From Candidatus Omnitrophota bacterium (lineage in GTDB: Bacteria; Omnitrophota; Gorgyraeia; B26-G9; JBDRCZ01): 64,000 bases of DNA. Under the pieces are notes generated by a model that worked only from the letters and a program-made list of their open reading frames with translations, was not told where the DNA came from and made no database searches. Numbering within the stretch: the first letter of the stretch is position 1; every line of letters begins with the position of its first letter. The translations under genes and the position numbers were made by a program. Shown here in pieces: positions 50,301 through 57,445 of the stretch. The stretch is taken from assembly GCA_043821285.1 (NCBI GenBank), contig JBDRCZ010000058.1, positions 18,699 to 82,698 of the forward strand, read 5' to 3'.

Positions 50301-51016
50301 TTACTGGTAAAATCCGGCTGGCCAAGAACAATATCCGCCTCCGCAAAATTCTCCGTGGGGATGCTATTATAGATTAACACCCGATTATTCGCAGCATCTG
50401 TAACATACAAGCACACTCCGTCGCTATGCACATCAGTAGGTGCTAATAGACTCTGGCTCGTTACCCCGCCGTTATTTGGGAGATTACTGGTAAAATCCGG
50501 CTGGCCAAGAACAATATCTGCCTCCGCAAAATTCTCCGTGGGGATGCTATTATAGATTAAGACTCGATGATTAAAATGGTCCGCAACATACAAACGTTCT
50601 CCGTCACTATATGCGGCCATTGGGCCCCAGAGGCTCTGCGAACTAATATTGCCATTATTGGCAAGATTGCTCGTAAAGTCAGGCTGTCCAATAACAACAT
50701 CCGCCGGCTGATTATTAGTTGCCGGGATATTATTATAGATTAGCACCCGGTTATTAAAATAGTCCGCGACATACAAGTGCACTCCGTCTGTAGAAACAGT
50801 ACCTGGGCGCGACAAGCTACTTGCACTTAACCCTCCATAGTTACTATCATTAGTCGTAAAATCCAACTGTCCCAACACAAGTTGAGCTTCTTGAGGCTCT
50901 TCAAACGCAAAACTTGATAGGGATGGTGGACTAAGGCATACAACAATCCCGGCCACAATACTTGTAAAAATCATCAAAACTTTCATTCCCGCTTCTTTTA
51001 TGCGATGAATATACAT
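44324..51016 (-). CDS. NHL-repeat / Rhs (YD-repeat) protein with large C-terminal Ig-like and CBM/CIA30-like domains
   Basis: Signal-like N-terminus, six VLGQPDF-type NHL repeats, LGYGWTH (DUF6531-like), YD repeats, core FTGREYE...YYYRARYY...FLSPDPIG...NNPVNFTDPSGL (47083-47069), then ~914 aa. Confidence 0.88.
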   Translation of the reverse strand: MYIHRIKEAGMKVLMIFTSIVAGIVVCLSPPSLSSFAFEEPQEAQLVLGQLDFTTNDSNYGGLSASSLSRPGTVSTDGVHLYVADYFNNRVLIYNNIPATNNQPADVVIGQPDFTSNLANNGNISSQSLWGPMAAYSDGERLYVADHFNHRVLIYNSIPTENFAEADIVLGQPDFTSNLPNNGGVTSQSLLAPTDVHSDGVCLYVTDAANNRVLIYNSIPTENFAEADIVLGQPDFTSNLPNNGGVTSQSLWGVARVFSDGIRVYIADQGNHRVLIHNQIPTNNFQPADIVLGQPNFSSNVINNGGVSASSFYVPFAVYSNGESLFVADQANNRILLYAQIPTENNQSADAVLGQLDFSTNAGNFNGVTASSLSGPISVYGDGTWLYVADGYNNRALVYSEPIVLDVVARLFARTGNRYTTGKMIKIEVRGNFDLTNITSGSIRITSNSHGYDSGVQNLTMDYPVFYQWDTTDLNPGKDYTVDIELTDFHGRLIRDSSLVITLMPNPSPDRQLVRQIDFSMPAQGISVQIERVYTLYSGYDKYLGYGWTHTYLMHVVETSDGLVEIFNANGTGSFFKPKAPGEYESSKGDFRILTKNADGTYLLTEKYGKVFYFNRQGKLTRIEDRNGNALVFLYDPDNRLKTITDTSGQITFFYYDENNRVTSIEGPFGQRVWYEYDQEGNLSAVTDIGGFKTTYAYDQKHNLILISDPCGRQTFFTIYEDGRLKEYSNEEGNNRLFYEYSELSHEKKVTDNMGRQTRYIYNNNGLIICKEDTLGNISERVYDNNSNLVSTRDANGNQIFFTYDNRGNILTKTDAQGNVTVLTYEAQYNQISSITTPRGNTTSFAYDSNGNLITVIYPDGSRERYRYDDAGNLVRKTDRNGQKIKFCYTPRGKLREKIFPDGRKDVFSYDNYGNLIRIKGRNGVLRFKYDRANRLSKVTCPGKDKIRYRYDKTGNLTQLVYPDGTKLEYVYDDVNRLIQINSSSQTIAAYTYDAMSRVIRKDLQHNVYTEFSYDFLGRLGFLVNRKSNTEIISSFAYTYDAVGNRLTMITPEGLTEYVYDNIYQLSKVISPDGELAEYTHDQAGNRLTLTKNGDTTTYTTNMLNQYTNIDEDVYTYDNNGNLIEVAAVSGITTFAYDFENQLIRVNTPGEIIKYVYDPLGRRTSKITPAAITEYIHDQSRVILEKDKRGVVQATYVYGRGIDEILVMKRNGTDYFYCYDGMGSVTNIIDKSENVVESFSYDAYGVPNKVSSIGNPYLFTGREYEPEAGLYYYRARYYSPAIGRFLSPDPIGFEGGMNFYSYVKNNPVNFTDPSGLFDENRFYYDVAASFVGGFLASGDIFGGIFAASWTVMTYAVWEIAQNIPEPDYYEGPVDEPMSNITIDQNRDVSCGEPTFIQCIEKRPQQHKAVQKTNGLIAKISVPFADALVRAKVPIFGVAYGEAFREYRVDYGQGDNPREWVNITTSTIPQLKDTAPVMLDDSSDQTIYGNLATFDTGLKNYTYGDEYQQDHPIDLAGVYTIRLLVTNIHGAVAEDRVTVEVGRVIPNIYGGKAISTDGMVVLDVPEHALREPFRIITIKPLEDETLPFPEEGALVGKVYEMRPAGESFTRDATLGIKLPEDCFKDLSTEKLGIYAFNSQAKQWEYLPAFFDKAANELCAYLHGLPHGNAYFAVFEGINLGTALSRSRYAADKPAAHQLGLSKKSINSKEKFLIANTFEQSIEQWTNRNSDVGADLTLEQRKDLDSGYCLKLTNKNHGGNFASTIFDLPFNAKEYPTVRFDYKIPKQVNINFLVKMDERWYEIEFTDAVKEYKRLNMERIGQIENVIVDNKWHTAGFNLYALLQNYPPIVGRDNFVIQEMVMADWDAQGYMKLVYGKNKKGATYYIDNFIIEKDKHPPEKPVAKKDALLVAGFEHSLYANGLGPDAGLFQKNDFHSKISTAIEHDSERGPCLKLTYDVSEKDDYAGYYKLLRNIDLSAYRTLCFWIKGEIDNPVVQVGLMDKHGHEDKILVGSYLTMGITNEWQKVSIPLAGFSTIEDFSSLENINFTLENRFKNSTGVIFIDDITFEMDVVPLIAANCSDGAGRNVWGRDCKTFKTNNARINAFYDQLGSLLHYADIFSSRDKESWAGWIVDLNNIDVCEYPVLSFKFKRVHGSETPNVYLDDGTTRKYINLEQYLKSSTQWEKVRIPLRDFAVQGVDLRCLKNISFVFEWSPMSAGAVYVDKIMFEPLPF

Positions 51017-51039
51017 ATATCTCTCCTTATCTGAATTCT

Positions 51040-51373
51040 AGTTCTGTCAAATACTTAACCGCAGATTATCACAGATATTAAACATATATTTCCCTGAAGA
51101 AAAAAGCAAAACACCACGGATTAACACTGAGTTATCCGTGGCTGAAAAAATCTAAAATTCTGTTTCAGGTTCAAAAACTAATCAGATTAAATTTAATCAT
51201 CAGCCAAATAACTATGGCCGCGACTATCCCGAGGATAAGAAAAAATTTAAATATCTTTCCGATAATATTCAAAACAACAATTAATACGACTATTGCAGCA
51301 AAACAAAAAGATTTTTTGTCCCGCTTGATTCGTAGTGGTTACAATCAATTCTTTTATGGATTCTTGACACTAC
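51040..51373. mobile_element. MITE-like element, family B
   Basis: GTTCTGTCAAA ... TTGACACTAC ends, with internal CGCAGATT/CACAGAT/ATCCGTG repeats. Confidence 0.5.
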
Positions 51374-51390
51374 CTCGTAATAATTCAGCG

Positions 51391-53391
51391 TTAAAACTTA
51401 CAGGTAAATGTACCAGTTATCCTCCGTCCTACACTCGAAGTATCCATGGGATAATCATCATATCCTTTTTTAAACAGGTTAAACACGGCCAGGGAAACTT
51501 CGGCCGGATTTTCCCAGAGGAAGAATTTATACCCTAAGCGCAGGTTCGTAATAATATATTTCGATGTCTTTCCTCCACCGATTGTTGTGCCGCGCGGGTC
51601 AGGTATGTATCCGCACCAGGTATATGTGGGTGTCCAAAATGTCGAACCGCGGTAAAGTGCACTAATATTTGCGGAAAAACCATTGTCAAAATATGCTCTT
51701 AACTGAGCATTTACCATGTTCTGCGGTGTGCCGGCAACAAGCGCGTATGTATTTGCATCTCCTTCATCCTCCCATTGCTCAAGATTAGTATGGTTAATCA
51801 ACACGCTAAGCCAATTATTAAATAAATAACGCATTTCTATCTCTGTGCCGATTTGTGCCGCATCTGCTATATTTCGATATTCTTCGGTCCAATGAATATA
51901 GGGAGCAGTGGGAATTATAGAAATCGGTGAAACCTTATAATAAATCGGGTCGATTAGTTTTGTATAAAACACATTCGCCTCTACTTGAAAATTGTTCGTC
52001 CAGTCCCCTTTATAACCCAGTTCGAGTGTTTCTACCTGTTCTGGCTTATTGTCTTCATATCCATAAACATCATAGTAAGCTGTAGCCAAATACAAGTAGT
52101 TTTCCATAAAATCAGGGTTACGAAAGGCACTACTGTACGAAAAACGAAAGTGATGCTTTTGCCAAGGAGAATAAAGTAGGGCCAAACGATGAGAAAGACT
52201 ATCACCGGCGTTCGGGTGGTGGTCATATCGCAATCCGGTATTAAGACTAAGGTTATCCTGAAATTTATAGGTATTATCCACAAATATTCCTCTTAAATCA
52301 TGTCTGCGTTTACCACCCACCATCGTAGTATTGATATTATGCGTAGTAAAATTACCTCCCCAAACTAAAATATCTTGCTCCAACAGCTCTAAGGTGTGCT
52401 GAAATTCAATTATTTTCGTCCCCATAGTAATATCTGCAATTGGCACACCAAGAGCATCTGTGCTCATCGCTTGACTACGTAAATAGGCACGTAATATCAT
52501 ATCCGGCTCTTTAGACGCGTAAGTAACTGATGCAAGATAAGCCTCGTCATTTCCTAAATCATAGGGCCCGGCGCCTGGACTAAAAGAATACCACTGCTTT
52601 CGATCAATATAACTTCCAGAAAGGATTATCTCAGAATTATCATCAATCGCCCAGTCAATATTGGCATTTCCCCTTAAGTATCTATTTATGGGATTATTAA
52701 GGTAAGAAACAAAACCATCACTCCAATTGTCTCTATCATCATGGGATAAGGAAATACGATAATTGATTTTATCTTTTACTGAGCCACCATAGAGATAAGT
52801 ACCGATGCGTGTTTCTAGTTCTCCTCCAGTAAGGGAGAGCATACTTCCTTGTGTATCGTTAGGTTTTTTGGTGATAAGATTTACTATGCCAAACATAGCA
52901 TCCGGACCGTACAAAGATGACCCAGGTCCACGTAGTATTTCTATTCTTTCAATTTCTTCTAACGCTATCGGGAGATAATTAAACATGGGCATGGTAGTCA
53001 CTTCATACACCCACGGTATTCCATCAATTAAAAGTATTGCTTTCCGGGGTGGCATTATATTAAATCCCCTGATACCGCCTACTTCCATATTCCCCGCGGT
53101 GGCATATCCCATATGCACCCCAGGAACCATTCTTAATACCTCACCAAGCAGCGTTGCTCCAGATTGTTTAATATCTTCCGCCGTAATAACAGTCATTGCT
53201 GCCGGGGCTTCGGTTATCGCCTGTTCTCTTTTTGCCGCAGTAATTACCGTGGGGATCTCCATAAACAACATTGCCTCAGGAGAAACATACTCTTCAATCT
53301 GTGCCGATACGTTAGGAACTATCGGACTAGATAATAATACTAATATCAGCGATACAATGATAAATAGACTTTTTCTTATAATATTAACCAT
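51391..53391 (-). CDS. TonB-dependent outer membrane receptor
   Basis: Plug motifs VITAAKREQ, LRMVPG, IERIEILRGPGSSLYG. Barrel region and terminal Phe. Start taken at ATG 53391. Confidence 0.92.
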   Translation of the reverse strand: MVNIIRKSLFIIVSLILVLLSSPIVPNVSAQIEEYVSPEAMLFMEIPTVITAAKREQAITEAPAAMTVITAEDIKQSGATLLGEVLRMVPGVHMGYATAGNMEVGGIRGFNIMPPRKAILLIDGIPWVYEVTTMPMFNYLPIALEEIERIEILRGPGSSLYGPDAMFGIVNLITKKPNDTQGSMLSLTGGELETRIGTYLYGGSVKDKINYRISLSHDDRDNWSDGFVSYLNNPINRYLRGNANIDWAIDDNSEIILSGSYIDRKQWYSFSPGAGPYDLGNDEAYLASVTYASKEPDMILRAYLRSQAMSTDALGVPIADITMGTKIIEFQHTLELLEQDILVWGGNFTTHNINTTMVGGKRRHDLRGIFVDNTYKFQDNLSLNTGLRYDHHPNAGDSLSHRLALLYSPWQKHHFRFSYSSAFRNPDFMENYLYLATAYYDVYGYEDNKPEQVETLELGYKGDWTNNFQVEANVFYTKLIDPIYYKVSPISIIPTAPYIHWTEEYRNIADAAQIGTEIEMRYLFNNWLSVLINHTNLEQWEDEGDANTYALVAGTPQNMVNAQLRAYFDNGFSANISALYRGSTFWTPTYTWCGYIPDPRGTTIGGGKTSKYIITNLRLGYKFFLWENPAEVSLAVFNLFKKGYDDYPMDTSSVGRRITGTFTCKF

Positions 53392-53623
53392 TTCCCCCTC
53401 CTTATTTTTGCGGAGCAAAAAATATAATCCGTCTCGGCAGATGGTCTATTATCCAATTGTCTATTTTCAAAAATCTTCATTCCTCTCTGAATAATCCCAC
53501 GTTGCTTTTCGGTTTTTTATCATCCTTTTTACCTATATTCCTCCCTTTTTTTAGCTTATTAGTTTTCTGATATAATCTTTTTATATTTGATAACATCCTA
53601 CGCTGAAAATCATACAATGTCAA

Positions 53624-53686
53624 ATAAAAAAATTCCTGCGGAATCTTTTTATCCATTTAAAAACCTCTCGTGTTCAAACCTTCCCT
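53624..53686. repeat. Family A repeat copy
   Basis: ATAAAAAAATTCCTGCGGAATCTTTTTATCCATTTAAAAACCTCTCGTGTTCAAACCTTCCCT. Confidence 0.85.
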
Positions 53687-54074
53687 ATAACAATGAATTA
53701 AATATATCAAACTATACCCCAAGTCCCAAGTTAGCCACAGATTGAAATCTTATTGTTCTTTGTTGAAAGAATAGCGGTTGATCTTGAGATTAGAGCTTGA
53801 CGGAAAGACTTACAGGATAGAAACAGAAATAATCTAAAAAAGAATGATCTTTGAGGCTAACTGCGGAACTTGAGTTAACAGTAAACGCAGCATATAAGAC
53901 ATAGTATAACAGAGTGAAAGCAAATAAAAACCAGTAAGAACCACAGATTACTCAGATTATACAGATATGAAAAGAATTTTAATTTTATCTGAGTTATCCG
54001 TGCTATCTGCGGCCAAAAAATCTATTGACTCTTACGTACACATAAGAAAATTTTTTATTTGTCTCGCACTCTGT

Positions 54075-57000
54075 TTAGTTGGCCGGGGCAAAAGTGAAAT
54101 AATTGACATTGAAACCACTGACGTCCACAACTAATCTTACGCTATGGTCTCCGGAACTTATATTTACGGTGGGACCATCCGCCCACCCCCAGATCTGCCA
54201 GCCGCCGGTAGCCGGAAGGTTAATCCTGCCAGTTACATTTACGCCATCTATTTCAATATGACACTGACCATCGGAAATTCCCGCATAGCGGATTCTGATT
54301 GTATATCTTCCTCCTTCACTTGCACGGAGTTGATAATTTAGCCATTCACCCGCATAGATCCAGCCAACATTATAGCCGCCTTCCGAGCATACCTCAATAT
54401 CCACTCCTTGGTTTCGATATTGACCGCCGGAATTGACTGCATCAGTGTCGTGATAGTCTCTCTCCGCGGCAGCTACGTGCCCGCTATCGTAGTCCTCAGC
54501 TTCAAATTTGATAACTGCTTTTGCCCCAGGATAACCGTAGACTTCAAATTCCGGGATCCTTACGGCCCAGTCACCGATAAAATTAGGCACCACTGCTCTG
54601 ATTCTCACATAGCGCAGAGTTTTCGGAGAACTATAGCGCTCGGTATTCACCGGGATATCACTATTGTTGTTTATGTGAAACTCCTCTGACCATGGTCCCT
54701 GTAGAGAAGGCGCTGATTCAATATAAAACTCCTTGGTGTTAAAATATGTTGGCTCTCCGCTAGTTGAAGCATGTTTTACCACATAACCCGTTACTTTTGT
54801 ATCTGAACCTAAATCATAAGTTAAGATGTGATCACCATGTGTTGAAATACTATTATGCAGACAGCACCATTTTGTGGAAACATCTCCATCCTTACAATAC
54901 AGACCCCGTTGATTTTCATCATTGTGACCACATTCTATATAAGTAGCCGCATCCAGAGCTAAGTTCCGCTCAAAGCTGAAGTAGTTAATGTTAAATCCTG
55001 AGGAATCCATAATTAATTTTACAATATGATCACCCGCCGTCAATTCTATATCTCCGGCGCTTTTCCATGCCCATGTCTGCCAAGCACCTGTAGCCGGAAG
55101 AGTAATAATTCCGGTTACATCTATGCCATCTATTTCAATATGACACTGCCCATTGGAAACTGCTGCATAGCGGATGTATATCTGGTATTTACCACTAGTG
55201 TCTAAGCGGAATTTTAGCCACTCCCCGGCACTTATCCAGCCAACATTATATCCGCTTTCAGAACAGGTTTCAATATCTACATCCTCTTTCCGGTACTGTC
55301 CCCCGGAATTGCCGGATGTAATATCGAAATAATCCGTACCTTGCGCAGCATTGGCTCCGGCATCATAATCTTCCGCTTCAAACTTAATAGCGCCTTTAAT
55401 CCCTTTATACCCCCAAATCTCAATCTCAGGAATTCTCACAGCCCAGTCCCCGGCATAATTGGGATCAGTAATCCTGATTCTGATATACTGTAAATTCTTC
55501 GGAGTGTCATAAATAAGGGTATTCTGAGATTCCTGATTAGTATTTACCACGTAAAATTCCTGGGTCCAGGGACCTTGCAGCGAAGGTGCAGATTCGATAT
55601 AGAATTTTTCTGTATTAAAAATTGTTGGTTCACCCCCGGTTGAAGAATGTTTAATGATGTAGCCGGTCAAGGTACAAGTCGTGCCTAAATCAAAGCGCAA
55701 AGTATGATCCCCTGATGTCCAAAACCCATTATGCAAACAGCACCATTTTGTAGAGAGGTTACCATCTTTTGCCGCTAACCCATATTGCCCTGGTTCATTA
55801 TGCCCACATTCAACATAAGTAACTGCATCTAACGCGAGGTTCTGTCCGGTTAGTCCACTAATTCCCAAGGAGAATGTATAAGTCCCAGTTCCAGCTGCAC
55901 TATAGACATTAATCCGTATTCTCCACTGTCCAGCCATATCTGCGGTATAAATTATATTCTCAACAACGTTCCCGTCTAAAGCAGCTGATGCTTTTAAGAC
56001 TGCTGTGGGATCATAGAGGTAAAGATCATAGTCATAGTAAGGTGGCGGGGTCATGGATATTGTGATATCCTGACCAGCAGAGACATTAAACGCATAGTAA
56101 TCATTAGGATCTATCCCTTTATCCAGCCAACCCGAATAATTCCCTGGTGAAATAAATGTTGCAGCAGCAAAATCATTACCAGCATCGCTACCGGTGCCGG
56201 CATCATTTTGCCCGGGGGGACCAGCAGAAATTTCTCCCGCAGGATAACGTAAATCTACGGTTTGCTCAAATGCTGTATAAAGGTCTCCGGAGTTGCCATA
56301 GGGATTACCATTATCTTTCCAATATTCAAGCGCATATCCATCCCATGCACTGGCTGCCTGCTGATTATTATCGTACACAAACCAGGTCATACAGATGATA
56401 TCGTGGTTTCCCGCGGTCTGGTTCCAGTTATTAACATCCGCAAACGCATCGCGTAAAAACTGTGCGGTCTGGGCTTCCTCACCTGAATTACCTGGCGCAG
56501 CATACCTGTTCCATTCCGTCATATAAATTGGTTTATTGGAAAATCCTTTACTGTCAATAATTGCAATCTGACTGGCATACACATTGTGAAAATCAGCAAC
56601 CGAACCTCCGTAGGAATGGATTGCAAAACCATCAACTTCACCAGGGGTAAGATAATCCAACATTTGCGAAAGATACTCTGTCCCGCTCATCCATCGCTCT
56701 CCCCCTACTCCTCCAGGGCTAACTGGCGCTAATAAAACAACATGCTCACCAGGCGCACCTACAAGCGCACTATTATGAATTGCGCTGCGCACATTTTTGT
56801 AGATCGCGGCCATTTCTGCCGGCGGAATTTTACGATTTGGCCATTGACTGCCTGTCCCCATCAGCAAGTTTTGCTCATTACCTACCACCCAGATATGGCT
56901 TTGATTATAAAGCACATTTACCGCCTCTGATACCACCTTTGCCGGCCATGCGGAATAATTGGGGTCACTTGGGGCAGGAACCGTATCTCCCCAGGTATAA

Positions 57001-57311
57001 TCTACGCGGGTAATTATCGTCATATTCTTATTATTGTAGAGCTCCTGATAAAGACCTGTAAAATAACCTGCCGCCCACCACCAGCCAGAATTTGTCAGCA
57101 CTGTCTCTACATCCCATGCCGAGCACGCCGGCACATCTAATAAACTTGCCGGGGCATCATCCACCGGCTGTCCTTCTGTATACCCCCACCAATGAATACC
57201 ATACAGATACCGTGAGTCTTCTGCTAATACATCGTTAGAGAAAACTACTATCGAACTAAATACCCCTAACACCAAACACAACATTATTCTTGAAAATCTC
57301 ACACATATCAC
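54075..57311 (-). CDS. Secreted clan GH-A-like glycoside hydrolase with PPC, and twice-repeated discoidin (F5/8) plus CBM6 domains
   Basis: Signal peptide, VGNEQN acid/base, AIHSY, YMTEWN nucleophile, DYDLYLYDP (PPC), two FEAEDYD...GYNVGWI..GEWL...LPATGxWQxW CBM6 units. Confidence 0.78.
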   Translation of the reverse strand: MICVRFSRIMLCLVLGVFSSIVVFSNDVLAEDSRYLYGIHWWGYTEGQPVDDAPASLLDVPACSAWDVETVLTNSGWWWAAGYFTGLYQELYNNKNMTIITRVDYTWGDTVPAPSDPNYSAWPAKVVSEAVNVLYNQSHIWVVGNEQNLLMGTGSQWPNRKIPPAEMAAIYKNVRSAIHNSALVGAPGEHVVLLAPVSPGGVGGERWMSGTEYLSQMLDYLTPGEVDGFAIHSYGGSVADFHNVYASQIAIIDSKGFSNKPIYMTEWNRYAAPGNSGEEAQTAQFLRDAFADVNNWNQTAGNHDIICMTWFVYDNNQQAASAWDGYALEYWKDNGNPYGNSGDLYTAFEQTVDLRYPAGEISAGPPGQNDAGTGSDAGNDFAAATFISPGNYSGWLDKGIDPNDYYAFNVSAGQDITISMTPPPYYDYDLYLYDPTAVLKASAALDGNVVENIIYTADMAGQWRIRINVYSAAGTGTYTFSLGISGLTGQNLALDAVTYVECGHNEPGQYGLAAKDGNLSTKWCCLHNGFWTSGDHTLRFDLGTTCTLTGYIIKHSSTGGEPTIFNTEKFYIESAPSLQGPWTQEFYVVNTNQESQNTLIYDTPKNLQYIRIRITDPNYAGDWAVRIPEIEIWGYKGIKGAIKFEAEDYDAGANAAQGTDYFDITSGNSGGQYRKEDVDIETCSESGYNVGWISAGEWLKFRLDTSGKYQIYIRYAAVSNGQCHIEIDGIDVTGIITLPATGAWQTWAWKSAGDIELTAGDHIVKLIMDSSGFNINYFSFERNLALDAATYIECGHNDENQRGLYCKDGDVSTKWCCLHNSISTHGDHILTYDLGSDTKVTGYVVKHASTSGEPTYFNTKEFYIESAPSLQGPWSEEFHINNNSDIPVNTERYSSPKTLRYVRIRAVVPNFIGDWAVRIPEFEVYGYPGAKAVIKFEAEDYDSGHVAAAERDYHDTDAVNSGGQYRNQGVDIEVCSEGGYNVGWIYAGEWLNYQLRASEGGRYTIRIRYAGISDGQCHIEIDGVNVTGRINLPATGGWQIWGWADGPTVNISSGDHSVRLVVDVSGFNVNYFTFAPAN

Positions 57312-57445
57312 CTCTTTTTATTATTCGCAATACGCGGTACGCAATACCCCGAAAAACCGCCTTACAACAACGGGGCACACGCATCACGAATTAATATCTG
57401 TGATCATCCCCGCCACAAATCGTCGGCGGGCAGGTGTGTATAACA

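Noticed and set aside
44324-51016. Type VI secretion Rhs toxin-immunity pair
   Set aside because: No PAAR, VgrG or Hcp, a signal-like N-terminus, no recognisable toxin motif and no small downstream immunity ORF.
51214-51537. 107-aa plus-strand ORF
   Set aside because: Lies in a family B element and antisense to the TonB receptor 3' end. No supporting motif.
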